This document shows, one piece after another, positions 1 to 8,745 of a DNA stretch of 64,000 nucleotides. Origin of the DNA: an uncultured Eubacteriales bacterium. Lineage in GTDB: Bacteria > Bacillota > Clostridia > Lachnospirales > JAISER01. Positions within the stretch are counted from its first letter, which is position 1; the number at the start of each line of letters is the position of its first letter. The translations under genes were made by a program, and so were the position numbers. The DNA lies in contig CAZJGG010000002.1 in assembly GCA_964545475.1 (NCBI GenBank), positions 4,892 through 68,891 on the forward strand. The letters run 5' to 3'. Below the pieces are notes generated by a model. The model searched no databases, was not told the DNA's origin, and saw only the letters and a program-made list of their open reading frames with translations.

Positions 1-16
1 AGGAGGATAACAAAAG

Positions 17-1393
17 ATGAGTGATTTTGCATTTCCGACGAATATAAAGCAAATTGGTTCAATCGGCGAAGGTTTCAGAGTTTACATTGAAGATTATGCT
101 TGTTCATATTTACAACAATATGCGGAAGCGGGGGGATACGAAGAAAGACTTGCATTTTTGGTAGGGCGTTACATGGTTATAGACGGGCAAACCGTTTTGT
201 TTATTAGTGGGCTTGTTCAAGGGTTACATACATATGCTGAAAAAGATATTTTGACTTTTTCAGACAAATCATGGCAACACGCTTCAAAAGAAATCAATAA
301 ATATTTTAAAGGGTTAGATATTGTAGGGTGGATGCAATCCCAGCCGGGGTATGGCACTCACCTAAATGCAAGTTACGAAAAAATGCACAAAAAGATGTTT
401 CCGAATTTTAACCAGGTTTTGTTTGTTATAGACCCGGTTGAAAAGATAAATGCATTTTACATATTTGACGAAAAGAACGACGAACTTAAAGAATCATTGG
501 GTTATTTCATTTATTATGATAAAAACAAGGGTATGCATGAGTATATGCTTGAAAACAAAATAGTAAAGATGAAAATGCGTCCGCTGCCGGAAATTCCTGA
601 GGCTGCTAAGCCGATTATGGAAGAGCAGGATGATGACGATGATGATGAGAGGGAGTATAAAGGTCCGGTTATCCGCCGGAAAAGGGCATTTAATGATAAA
701 ATTAAAAAATTACCAATTGCTCAAAAAAGAATGGTAAATCTTTTAACAACTTTAAGCGCTTCTTTGTTTATAATATGCTTGCTAACAGTAACAGGGCTTG
801 CAAGAAACAATGGGCGAATAACTTCTTTAGAACAACAGCTTACGGAATTAAACACCGCTTACAGAAATCTTATGGTCGAGGCTAATAAATCTAACACGGC
901 AACGGTTTTTGCCAGCCAGGATTCGGCTCTAAATTCCATAGATATGTCTGCCGAGCCGGAAAGCCCTCAGGTAATTGTTGAAAACGGAAACGACCTTTTA
1001 AATGAAAACGCTCTTTCAGGCAATAACGCAGTTTCAAGCGATAACACCGTTATAAACGAAAATACTCTTGCGGTTTTAGAAAATAACTTAACTCCTGAAA
1101 GGGTTTTGCAAATGATGGCGGAGGAGGCAAGGGCAACGCCTGAACCTGCCACGACTCCGGCTCCAGTTATAACGCCGCCGCCGCCGGAGCCTACACCGGA
1201 ACCGCCAAAAACTACAACAAGGGAAATACCGAAAAAATATACGGTTAAATCCGGAGACAGCCTTATCGGAATAAGCGTTAAGTTTTACGGCGATAAAAGT
1301 ATGGTGGAGGAGATAATGCTTTTGAACAACCTAGAAGATGCCGACAAAATATATTTCGGTAAAGTTTTGTTATTACCTCAGTTAGCGGAATAA
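17..1393 (+). CDS. Single-pass membrane protein: N-terminal degenerate MPN/JAB-like domain, acidic linker, TM helix, Pro-rich linker, C-terminal LysM domain
   Basis: AGGAGG at 1-6 precedes the ATG at 17. The N-terminus has GWMQSQPGYG, resembling the JAMM GWYHSHPGFG with both His replaced by Gln. A poly-D run, hydrophobic segment LLTTLSASLFIICLLTVTGL and PAPVITPPPPEPTPEPP linker follow. The C-terminus YTVKSGDSLIGISVKFYGD...LLLPQ is LysM-like. Confidence 0.8.
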   Translation: MSDFAFPTNIKQIGSIGEGFRVYIEDYACSYLQQYAEAGGYEERLAFLVGRYMVIDGQTVLFISGLVQGLHTYAEKDILTFSDKSWQHASKEINKYFKGLDIVGWMQSQPGYGTHLNASYEKMHKKMFPNFNQVLFVIDPVEKINAFYIFDEKNDELKESLGYFIYYDKNKGMHEYMLENKIVKMKMRPLPEIPEAAKPIMEEQDDDDDDEREYKGPVIRRKRAFNDKIKKLPIAQKRMVNLLTTLSASLFIICLLTVTGLARNNGRITSLEQQLTELNTAYRNLMVEANKSNTATVFASQDSALNSIDMSAEPESPQVIVENGNDLLNENALSGNNAVSSDNTVINENTLAVLENNLTPERVLQMMAEEARATPEPATTPAPVITPPPPEPTPEPPKTTTREIPKKYTVKSGDSLIGISVKFYGDKSMVEEIMLLNNLEDADKIYFGKVLLLPQLAE

Positions 1394-1415
1394 CCACATG
1401 TGGAGATGATAATAT

Positions 1416-2087
1416 ATGACCGATGAAAGACATTATGAAACAATTGAAATGATTGCCGCAACGTTAGCCCATGAAGTTAAAAATCCTTTGTCTTTAATTC
1501 AGGCAAATATAGATTATATTGAACTGTGTGACGTTGAACACAAGTACTCCAACAATTACAGAATAATAAAGCAGGAACTTAAACGCACCAATGAAATGCT
1601 TGGGGGATTTATCGAACTTATAAATTTAGCTTATAATTATGACGAGGAAATGGCAATTTACGATATTGTTATGCAGGTTGCGGAAAATTACAAGCAGATA
1701 ACAAACAAAATAATACTTTTCACTGTTTCATGCCGGAACAAAAACTTGTATATTAGAGGCAACGCTCAGCTTTTTACAATGGCTCTTTCAAATATTATCA
1801 AAAATTCAATTGAAGCTATAGAGGACAGTGGTGAAATAAAAATTAATATTGACACAGATGGTTCGGTTGCAATAATAAAAATTGAGGATACCGGCAGAGG
1901 GCTTTCCCCGGAGGTTATTGAGAAAATTAAAAACTCCCAAAGCTACTCTACGAAAACTTTCGGAAGCGGTATAGGAATAAACATTTGTAAACAAATATTA
2001 ACCCAACATAACGGAACATATTCCATCGAAAACTGCGAAAACGGAGGGTGTGTTGTTACTATAGATGTTCCTCTTGCAAACGGATAG
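1416..2087 (+). CDS. Small cytoplasmic histidine kinase (HisKA + HATPase_c only, no sensor or TM domain)
   Basis: H-box AHEVKNPL, N-box SNIIKNSIEA, G1 EDTGRGL and G2 GSGIGINICKQI are all present. The protein is only 223 aa with no hydrophobic segments. Confidence 0.85.
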   Translation: MTDERHYETIEMIAATLAHEVKNPLSLIQANIDYIELCDVEHKYSNNYRIIKQELKRTNEMLGGFIELINLAYNYDEEMAIYDIVMQVAENYKQITNKIILFTVSCRNKNLYIRGNAQLFTMALSNIIKNSIEAIEDSGEIKINIDTDGSVAIIKIEDTGRGLSPEVIEKIKNSQSYSTKTFGSGIGINICKQILTQHNGTYSIENCENGGCVVTIDVPLANG

Positions 2088-2097
2088 TTTACAAAAT

Positions 2098-2141
2098 AAA
2101 AAACCGAAAAGTGATTTTAAAAGTCGCTTTCCGGTTTTTTT
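2098..2141 (+). terminator. Rho-independent terminator after the histidine kinase gene
   Basis: Stem aaaaccgaaaagtga / tcgctttccggtttt is followed by a T-run ending near 2141. Confidence 0.7.
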
Positions 2142-2172
2142 ATTGTTAATTTTTGTACATATAAAAATTATA

Positions 2173-2201
2173 TTGACAGATTATACATTTATACTTATAA
2201 T
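2173..2201 (+). promoter_or_regulatory. Consensus sigma-A type promoter for the GntR gene
   Basis: TTGACA (2173-2178), an exact 17-nt spacer, then TATAAT (2196-2201). The perfect palindrome ATTACATGTAAT at 2212-2223 lies just downstream. Confidence 0.65.
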
Positions 2202-2251
2202 GTTATATAATATTACATGTAATTTGCACAAAAAGTATGGAGTGGTGTAAT

Positions 2252-2986
2252 ATGATCCAACGTAACTCATCAAACGCCATGTATTTACAGCTTGTAGAGC
2301 TGATAAAACGGGAGATTTTGCAAAGAAAGTACATAGAGGATTCATGTATTGGAAAACATACTGAAATTGCAGAAAGATGGAAGGTTAGCTTAATAACCGT
2401 TAGAAAAGCTCTTAAAATACTGGAAGAAGAAGGCTATATTACAATTAAGCAAGGTAAAGGCACTTTTGTTAAGCCGGGCATATTAAAAAACGAGCTTAAC
2501 AGACTTACCGGCACCACTCAAAACATTCTTAAAACAAACATAAAGCCGGATGTTAAAGTACTTAGTATTGAAAAAATAACAACCCCTGAAAGTTTTTCCC
2601 CGGAAATTAAAAGAGAAATGGGCGAAAAATGTATTTTAGCGGAAAGAATCCACTCTGTGGATGGAACGGTTATAAGCTTTGCACGCCTTTACCTGCCTAT
2701 AGAATATGGAGAGCAATTGAGTAAGGAAGAATTGGAAAATTTTACGGTTTACCAACTGTATCAAAACAAGCTTGGTGTACAGCTAGGCAAAGGACGACAA
2801 AACATTAGAGCCGTACCATCAAATGTTATACTTGCCAATATGTTTGGCGTGGCGCAGGGTACGCCGTTGTTGTTTATTGAAAGAGAGGCGTACAGCAAAC
2901 AAAACCAGCTTATAGAAGTTATGGAGTTATATTACGACCATACCCAGTATACCTTTAGGGTTGAATTGGACTTAAGCGCTGAATAG
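2252..2986 (+). CDS. GntR/HutC-family transcriptional regulator (wHTH + UTRA effector domain)
   Basis: N-terminal wHTH (HTEIAERWKVSLITVRKALKILEEEGYITIKQGKGTFV) with a UTRA-like C-terminal half. GGAGTGG 6-7 nt upstream favours the ATG at 2252 over the ORF-track start at 2237. Confidence 0.85.
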   Translation: MIQRNSSNAMYLQLVELIKREILQRKYIEDSCIGKHTEIAERWKVSLITVRKALKILEEEGYITIKQGKGTFVKPGILKNELNRLTGTTQNILKTNIKPDVKVLSIEKITTPESFSPEIKREMGEKCILAERIHSVDGTVISFARLYLPIEYGEQLSKEELENFTVYQLYQNKLGVQLGKGRQNIRAVPSNVILANMFGVAQGTPLLFIEREAYSKQNQLIEVMELYYDHTQYTFRVELDLSAE

Positions 2987-3049
2987 AAATTAAAAATGGT
3001 AACCCAAGCATACGTGTATTGGATTATCTTTTTTAAAATAAAAAATAGT

Positions 3050-3223
3050 CTGCTATACTCCTTAACCATATAAAATAGTACTGAGTTGCGAGCAAATTTT
3101 GCTTGTGGCAAGGAAGAGACGACGCCGTGTGCTAGCGGCACACAAGAAGTTGATGACGCAGTTCACAAGTAAAATTCGCCGCAAGGCAGTGCTATTTTAT
3201 GTGGTTAGGAGTATATATAGCAG
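3050..3223 (+). repeat. Long palindromic intergenic repeat, family A copy 1 (MITE/REP-like, about 174 nt)
   Basis: Terminal inverted repeats ctgctatactccttaacca...tggttaggagtatatatagcag. The whole element folds as an imperfect hairpin around gtgtgc-tagcg-gcacac. A near-identical inverted copy lies at 42171-42335. Confidence 0.85.
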
Positions 3224-3252
3224 CTAAACCATATTATATGAGGAGTGTGTTT

Positions 3253-4827
3253 ATGAAGAAGTTAGTTAGTTTAGTAATGGCAGGAGCACTTTGCCTTTCC
3301 GTTTTAACAGCATGTGGCTCAAACGGCGAAAAGCCTGCCCAACAGCAACAACAAGAGCAAAGCGGCGAAACCAAAGGAGAGGCAAATGAGGCAGAAAGCA
3401 CAAAAGTTAAAGATACTTTTATTGTTGCTACAAAAAGAGAACCTAAATCTTTAGTGCCTCATGGTTCAAACGATACAGGCACAAGCTTTGTTACAGCTCT
3501 TATTTACGATTCTTTACTTTCATTTGATAAAGACATGAACGTTATACCGTGTCTTGCAACAGATTGGGAGAAAAAAGATGACGTTACTTATGTTTTTAAC
3601 CTTAGAGATGATGTTTATTTCCATAACGGAGAAAAACTTACAGCAGAAGACGTTAAATTTACATTTGAAAAAGCTGCTAAATCCCCGGCTACAATTGCTC
3701 AGCTTGGCATGATTGACCCGGAGAAAACAAACGTTGTAGACGAAAATACAATTGAAATTGTACTTAGCAAGCCTTTTCCTCCAATTCTTAACTCTCTTGC
3801 CCTTGAAATTGCAAGCATTGTTAACAAAAAAGCCTTTGAAGAAGGCAACTTCGAGGAAAGCCCAATCGGCACAGGTCCTTTTACATTTAAACAATGGGTT
3901 TCCGGCGACAGACTTGAACTTAACGGAAACAAAGAATATTGGGGCGAAAAAGCGGCAATTAACACACTTGTTTTACGCCTTATTCCTGAAGCAACAACAA
4001 GAGCTATTGAAATTGAAACTGGTGGCGTAGACATGGCTTTAGGTTTATCCGATAGTGATACAATTAACTTGAGAGAAAATCCTAATGTAAACATGTATAC
4101 AGAAAACATTTTAAATACTTCATACATGTCATTTAACTGCTCTAAAGCACCTTTTGACAACGCTAAAGTGCGTGCGGCTATAACTTACGCTATAGACGCA
4201 AAAGCTGTTGCAGATGCGGCATCCTTTGGCTTGGCTGAACAATCGTTCTCTCCAATTGCGCCGGGAGTGTTCGGTTACTACAATCCGGGTCAAGTTTACG
4301 AATATAACCCAGAAAAAGCAAAAGAACTTTTGGCAGAAGCAGGCTTCCCAGACGGCTTTAAAACTACTTTAACTCAATCCGGCGACGACGCACAAGCAGA
4401 AATGATTCAAAACATGCTTGGTAAAGTTGGTATATCAGTTGAAATTAACTCTGTAGACTTTGCAAATTGGCTTGATGCTTTAGTTAACGGCAAACAAGAA
4501 ATGTATCTTGGCGGCTGGACAGTTTCTACAGCAGATGCTGACGGCGGCTTAAACGAACCATTTAATTCTAAAAACCACGGCGACGGCGGCAACCGTTCTT
4601 TCTATACAAACACTGAACTTGACGAAATTTTAGAAGCTGCCGCAGTTGAGCTTGATACTGAAAAACGTCTTGAACTTTACAAAGAAGCTCAAACAATTAT
4701 TGCTAACGATGCAGTTTATGTTAACCTAATGATTGGCCGTACTAATGTAGCAACTAAAAAAGAGGTTACAAACCTTGAGCTTATGCCAACACAAAACATT
4801 AAGCTTAACCTTATCAGATTTGAATAA
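3253..4827 (+). CDS. ABC transporter substrate-binding lipoprotein, family 5 (peptide/nickel/opine type)
   Basis: AGGAG at 3241 precedes the ATG at 3253. Signal peptide plus lipobox MKKLVSLVMAGALCLSVLTAC-GS. SBP_bac_5-like body (LLSFDKDMNVIPCLATDWE, GTGPFTF). Confidence 0.9.
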   Translation: MKKLVSLVMAGALCLSVLTACGSNGEKPAQQQQQEQSGETKGEANEAESTKVKDTFIVATKREPKSLVPHGSNDTGTSFVTALIYDSLLSFDKDMNVIPCLATDWEKKDDVTYVFNLRDDVYFHNGEKLTAEDVKFTFEKAAKSPATIAQLGMIDPEKTNVVDENTIEIVLSKPFPPILNSLALEIASIVNKKAFEEGNFEESPIGTGPFTFKQWVSGDRLELNGNKEYWGEKAAINTLVLRLIPEATTRAIEIETGGVDMALGLSDSDTINLRENPNVNMYTENILNTSYMSFNCSKAPFDNAKVRAAITYAIDAKAVADAASFGLAEQSFSPIAPGVFGYYNPGQVYEYNPEKAKELLAEAGFPDGFKTTLTQSGDDAQAEMIQNMLGKVGISVEINSVDFANWLDALVNGKQEMYLGGWTVSTADADGGLNEPFNSKNHGDGGNRSFYTNTELDEILEAAAVELDTEKRLELYKEAQTIIANDAVYVNLMIGRTNVATKKEVTNLELMPTQNIKLNLIRFE

Positions 4828-4838
4828 TTTTTAAAACC

Positions 4839-4903
4839 GTAGGGAACGACCCTCGTGTCATTCCGTTTTTCATAAGTGGAGTAGTCGTTCCCTACTTTTT
4901 TTT
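4839..4903 (+). terminator. Intra-operon hairpin and partial terminator between the SBP and permease genes (GTAGGGAACG-stem element, copy E1)
   Basis: Perfect 12-bp stem gtagggaacgac (4839-4850) / gtcgttccctac (4884-4895) with a 33-nt loop, followed by T8. Confidence 0.7.
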
Positions 4904-4954
4904 GAATTAGTTATGAAATGAACATATTTGCAACACTTTGACTAGGGTGATTAG

Positions 4955-5926
4955 ATGATAAAATATATAGCAAAAAGGTTGCTTATGATGATTCCTGTTA
5001 TTATAGGCGTAACCTTTATAGTATTTACTATTTTGCACTTTACCCCGGGGGATCCGGCTCGTACAATTTTAGGTGAGCTTGCCACAAAAGAAGAAGTGGA
5101 CGCCCTTAGGGAGCAGCTTGGACTTAACAAAGGTTTTTTTGAGCAATATTTTAATTACATAAAAAATATAGTAATGCATTTGGATTTCGGCAACTCGTTT
5201 ATAAACGGAAAGGATGTTTCAAAAGAGCTTTTTTCCCGTTTCCCAACTACGTTTTTGTTGGCATCGTTAAGCATGATTTTGGCTGCGGCTATAGGCATAC
5301 CATCCGGAATTATTTCAGCCACAAAACAGTATTCCATTTTTGACAACTTCGTTACAGTGTTTTCCCTTGTAAGCTTAGCTATGCCAAGTTTTTGGCTTGG
5401 TCTTATGCTTATAATAGCTTTTTGTTTAAAACTTCATATTTTTCCGGCTTCCGGTTTTTATGGGCCGCAATATTGGGTTTTGCCTGTTATTACGGTAGGC
5501 ACTGGTTGTGCTGCCGGTATAATGAGAACTACTCGTTCCAGTATGTTGGAAGTTGTTAGGCAGGACTACATACGAACCGCCAGAAGTAAAGGTCAAAAGG
5601 AAAATATAATAGTAAGAAAACACGCTTTAAGAAACGCTATTATTCCTGTTATTACAATTATGGGCTTACAGTTTGGACACCAATTGGCAGGAACGGTTGT
5701 TGTAGAATCTATTTTCGCTATACCGGGCTTAGGTAAGCTTTTGGTAGATTCCATTGCGGCAAAAGATTTGCCGATGATTCAAAGCGGCGTTTTATTTTTA
5801 GCCGTTGTTTTCAGTTTGGTAAACTTATTTGTAGACGTTATGTATGCATTTATTGATCCAAGAATACGTTCTCTTTACGTCAGAATAAAGCCAAAACAGA
5901 TAAAGGCGGGTGAGACAAATGCATAA
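4955..5926 (+). CDS. ABC transporter permease (DppB/OppB-like)
   Basis: Multi-TM protein with an N-terminus typical of BPD_transp_1 Opp/Dpp permeases (MIKYIAKRLLMMIPVIIGVTFIVF) and an EAA-like loop (YIRTARSKG). Confidence 0.9.
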   Translation: MIKYIAKRLLMMIPVIIGVTFIVFTILHFTPGDPARTILGELATKEEVDALREQLGLNKGFFEQYFNYIKNIVMHLDFGNSFINGKDVSKELFSRFPTTFLLASLSMILAAAIGIPSGIISATKQYSIFDNFVTVFSLVSLAMPSFWLGLMLIIAFCLKLHIFPASGFYGPQYWVLPVITVGTGCAAGIMRTTRSSMLEVVRQDYIRTARSKGQKENIIVRKHALRNAIIPVITIMGLQFGHQLAGTVVVESIFAIPGLGKLLVDSIAAKDLPMIQSGVLFLAVVFSLVNLFVDVMYAFIDPRIRSLYVRIKPKQIKAGETNA

Positions 5927-6785
5927 TACAGAAACTTTCAAAAAGAAAAGCCTTTGGGCAGATGCATGGAAAAGACTTAGAAAAAACCGCATGGCTATGA
6001 TTGGTCTTGGCATAATTACAATGTTTATTATTTTGGCTATTTTTGCAGATCAAATCGCCCCATATGGCTACGACGACCAAGACTTAAACAGACGATTTAT
6101 GTTTCCTAATAAAGATTTTTGGTTTGGAACGGATATGTTTGGGCGCTGTATTTTAAGCCGTATTATTTACGGCGCTAGAATATCTTTACAAGTAGGCTTT
6201 GTAGCTGTTACCATATCCGGTTGTATCGGAGGAACTTTAGGCGCAATTGCTGGATACTATGGTAATACTGTAGACAATGTAATAATGCGCTTTTTAGATA
6301 TAATTATGGCAATACCAAGTGTTTTACTTGCGATTATTATTGCAACCTCTCTTGGTTCGGGTCTTGGCAACCTTATGCTTGCTGTTGGTTTGGCTTCCGT
6401 GCCTAGTTATGCTCGTCTTGTACGTGCTTCCATACTTACAATAAAAGAACAGGAATTTGTAGAAGCCGCACGCCTTGTAGGATGTTCAGATGCAAGAATA
6501 ATTTTCAGACATATGATACCAAATGTTATGGCTCCAATAATCGTACAGGTTACATTAAGCATGGCTTTAGCTATATTAAGCGCATCAACATTAAGCTTTA
6601 TAGGGCTTGGCATAAAGCCGCCTACGCCTGAATGGGGCGCAATGCTTTCCGCAGGGCGTGCTTATATAAGGGATTACTGGCATGTTGTAACTTTCCCGGG
6701 GTTGGCAATAGTTACAGTAATTTTGGCGCTTAACCTTTTGGGTGACGGCTTAAGAGATGCGCTTGATCCAAGAATGAAGCGTTAG
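5919..6785 (+). CDS. ABC transporter permease (DppC/OppC-like)
   Basis: OppC-like N-terminus (WKRLRKNRMAMIGLGII) and EAA loop (EFVEAARLVGCSD). The ATG at 5919 follows AAAGGCGGG; the ORF track's GTG at 5910 is an alternative start. Confidence 0.88.
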   Translation: MHNTETFKKKSLWADAWKRLRKNRMAMIGLGIITMFIILAIFADQIAPYGYDDQDLNRRFMFPNKDFWFGTDMFGRCILSRIIYGARISLQVGFVAVTISGCIGGTLGAIAGYYGNTVDNVIMRFLDIIMAIPSVLLAIIIATSLGSGLGNLMLAVGLASVPSYARLVRASILTIKEQEFVEAARLVGCSDARIIFRHMIPNVMAPIIVQVTLSMALAILSASTLSFIGLGIKPPTPEWGAMLSAGRAYIRDYWHVVTFPGLAIVTVILALNLLGDGLRDALDPRMKR

Positions 6786-6799
6786 GCAGGTGTAGATAA

Positions 6800-7789
6800 A
6801 TGGAAAAAGAACAGAACTTTCTCGAAATAACCAATTTAAAGGTAGAATACCATACAGACGATGTGACTGTTAAAGCCGTAAATGGTGTAGATTTAGTATT
6901 AAATAAAGGCGAAACATTAGGTCTTGTTGGAGAAACCGGGGCAGGGAAAACAACAACAGCTTTAAGTATGTTGTCATTACTTCCAGACCCACAGGGTAAA
7001 GTAACCAGCGGAAAAATCATGTTTGAGGGTAATAACGTTTTAGATATGTCTCTGACAGAGCTTAGAAAGCTTCGTGGCAACAAAATGTCTATGATATTCC
7101 AAGACCCAATGACTTCTTTAAACCCTATTATGACGGTAGGCGACCAAATTGCCGAAGTTGTAAAGCTTCACCAAAACGTTTCATTGGCTGAGGCTAACCG
7201 CAGAGCTATGGAAATGTTAGAGACAGTAGGAATTCCGGCAGAGCGTTTTTATGAATATCCTCATCAGTTTTCCGGCGGAATGAAGCAGAGAGTTGTTATA
7301 GCTATTGCTCTTGCTTGTAACCCGGGTTTGCTTATTGCAGACGAGCCTACAACGGCTCTTGACGTAACAATACAAGCCCAGGTTTTAGAGCTTATGAACA
7401 GGCTTAAGCAAGAATTTAATACCGCTCTTTTACTCATAACCCACGACCTTGGCATTGTTGCGGAAATGTGCGATAGAGTAATGATTATGTATTGCGGAGA
7501 AATTGTTGAATCCGGGACGATAAACGATGTATTTGAAAAACCCGGGCATCCATATACTTTAGGGCTTTTTGGTTCAATACCGGATATTGAAACTAATGTA
7601 ACAAGGCTTAAACCTATTATGGGGCAAGTGCCTGATCCATCAAATTTACCCCCTGGATGTAAATTTGCAAACCGTTGCGGCGATTGCACGGATAGATGCA
7701 TAAAAGAAGAGCCGGAAGCTTATGAAGTTTCGCCGGGGCATAAAGTGAAATGCTTTTTGGCGCAAAACGCCGGAGGTGACGTAAAATGA
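6800..7789 (+). CDS. ABC transporter ATP-binding protein (DppD/OppD-like)
   Basis: Walker A GETGAGKT, signature FSGGMKQR, Walker B LLIADEPT and a C-terminal oligopeptide-type Cys motif [14 protein letters not shown]. Confidence 0.92.
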   Translation: MEKEQNFLEITNLKVEYHTDDVTVKAVNGVDLVLNKGETLGLVGETGAGKTTTALSMLSLLPDPQGKVTSGKIMFEGNNVLDMSLTELRKLRGNKMSMIFQDPMTSLNPIMTVGDQIAEVVKLHQNVSLAEANRRAMEMLETVGIPAERFYEYPHQFSGGMKQRVVIAIALACNPGLLIADEPTTALDVTIQAQVLELMNRLKQEFNTALLLITHDLGIVAEMCDRVMIMYCGEIVESGTINDVFEKPGHPYTLGLFGSIPDIETNVTRLKPIMGQVPDPSNLPPGCKFANRCGDCTDRCIKEEPEAYEVSPGHKVKCFLAQNAGGDVK

Positions 7790-8739
7790 GCCAGCTTGAA
7801 GTTAAAAACCTGAAAAAATACTTTAAAACCCCGAGAGGAACTCTCCATGCGGTAGACGGTATAGACTTTAAAATAGAAAAAGGTCAGACACTTGGCATCG
7901 TTGGGGAGTCCGGCTGTGGTAAATCCACCCTTGGGCGTGTTGTTTTACATTTGCTTGAAAAAACCGAAGGTCAAATATACTTTGAGGGCGAAGATATTTC
8001 TAACATTAATAAAAAACAGCTTAAAGACATACGTAAAGATATGCAAATGATTTTTCAAGACCCTTTCTCTAGCTTAAACCCACGTATGACCGTATCTGAA
8101 ATTATTGCAGAGCCTATGATTGTACATAAGACCATGGAAAACGGGCAGGGGGTTTTAAGAAGAGTTGCGGAGCTTATGGATATTGTAGGCTTAGCAAGAC
8201 GCCTTGAAAACACATACCCTCACGAGCTGGACGGCGGAAGGAGACAACGTATCGGAGTAGCAAGAGCATTGGCTTTAAACCCTAAGTTTATTGTTTGCGA
8301 CGAGCCAGTGTCCGCTTTGGACGTATCAATCCAAGCCCAAATACTGAATCTTATGATGGACTTGCAGGACGAACTTGGTCTTACTTATATTTTTATTACC
8401 CACGATTTATCAGTAGTTAAGCATATTTCCAATGAAATTGGCGTTATGTACCTTGGCAAAATGGTTGAAAAAACCACATCTGATAAGTTATTTAAGAAAC
8501 AGTATCACCCTTATACAAAAGCACTTTTATCGGCCATTCCGTCGGTAAAATTAGATGCTAGACGTGAAAGAATAATACTTAAAGGGGAAATTTCATCTCC
8601 AATAAACCCGAAACCGGGTTGCCGCTTTGCTCCTCGCTGTTTATATGCGCAGAACAAATGCTTTAACGATTCCCCAGAATTTAGAATGATTGAAGACGGA
8701 CACCAAGTTGCGTGCCACTTTGCGGAAAAGGTGAACTAA
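7786..8739 (+). CDS. ABC transporter ATP-binding protein (DppF/OppF-like)
   Basis: Walker [10 protein letters not shown], signature-like LDGGRRQR, Walker [13 protein letters not shown] and C-terminal CRFAPRC. There is a 4-nt overlap with the upstream gene. Confidence 0.92.
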   Translation: MSQLEVKNLKKYFKTPRGTLHAVDGIDFKIEKGQTLGIVGESGCGKSTLGRVVLHLLEKTEGQIYFEGEDISNINKKQLKDIRKDMQMIFQDPFSSLNPRMTVSEIIAEPMIVHKTMENGQGVLRRVAELMDIVGLARRLENTYPHELDGGRRQRIGVARALALNPKFIVCDEPVSALDVSIQAQILNLMMDLQDELGLTYIFITHDLSVVKHISNEIGVMYLGKMVEKTTSDKLFKKQYHPYTKALLSAIPSVKLDARRERIILKGEISSPINPKPGCRFAPRCLYAQNKCFNDSPEFRMIEDGHQVACHFAEKVN

Positions 8740-8745
8740 AGTCTT

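Noticed and set aside
2065-2250. 61-aa ORF between the kinase and gntR
   Set aside because: It covers the kinase terminator and the consensus gntR promoter. It is AT-rich with no RBS.
3199-3252. N-terminal extension of the SBP gene (ORF-track start at 3199)
   Set aside because: The extension lies inside repeat A1. AGGAG at 3241 plus the ATG at 3253 gives a canonical lipoprotein signal peptide, so the shorter model is preferred.
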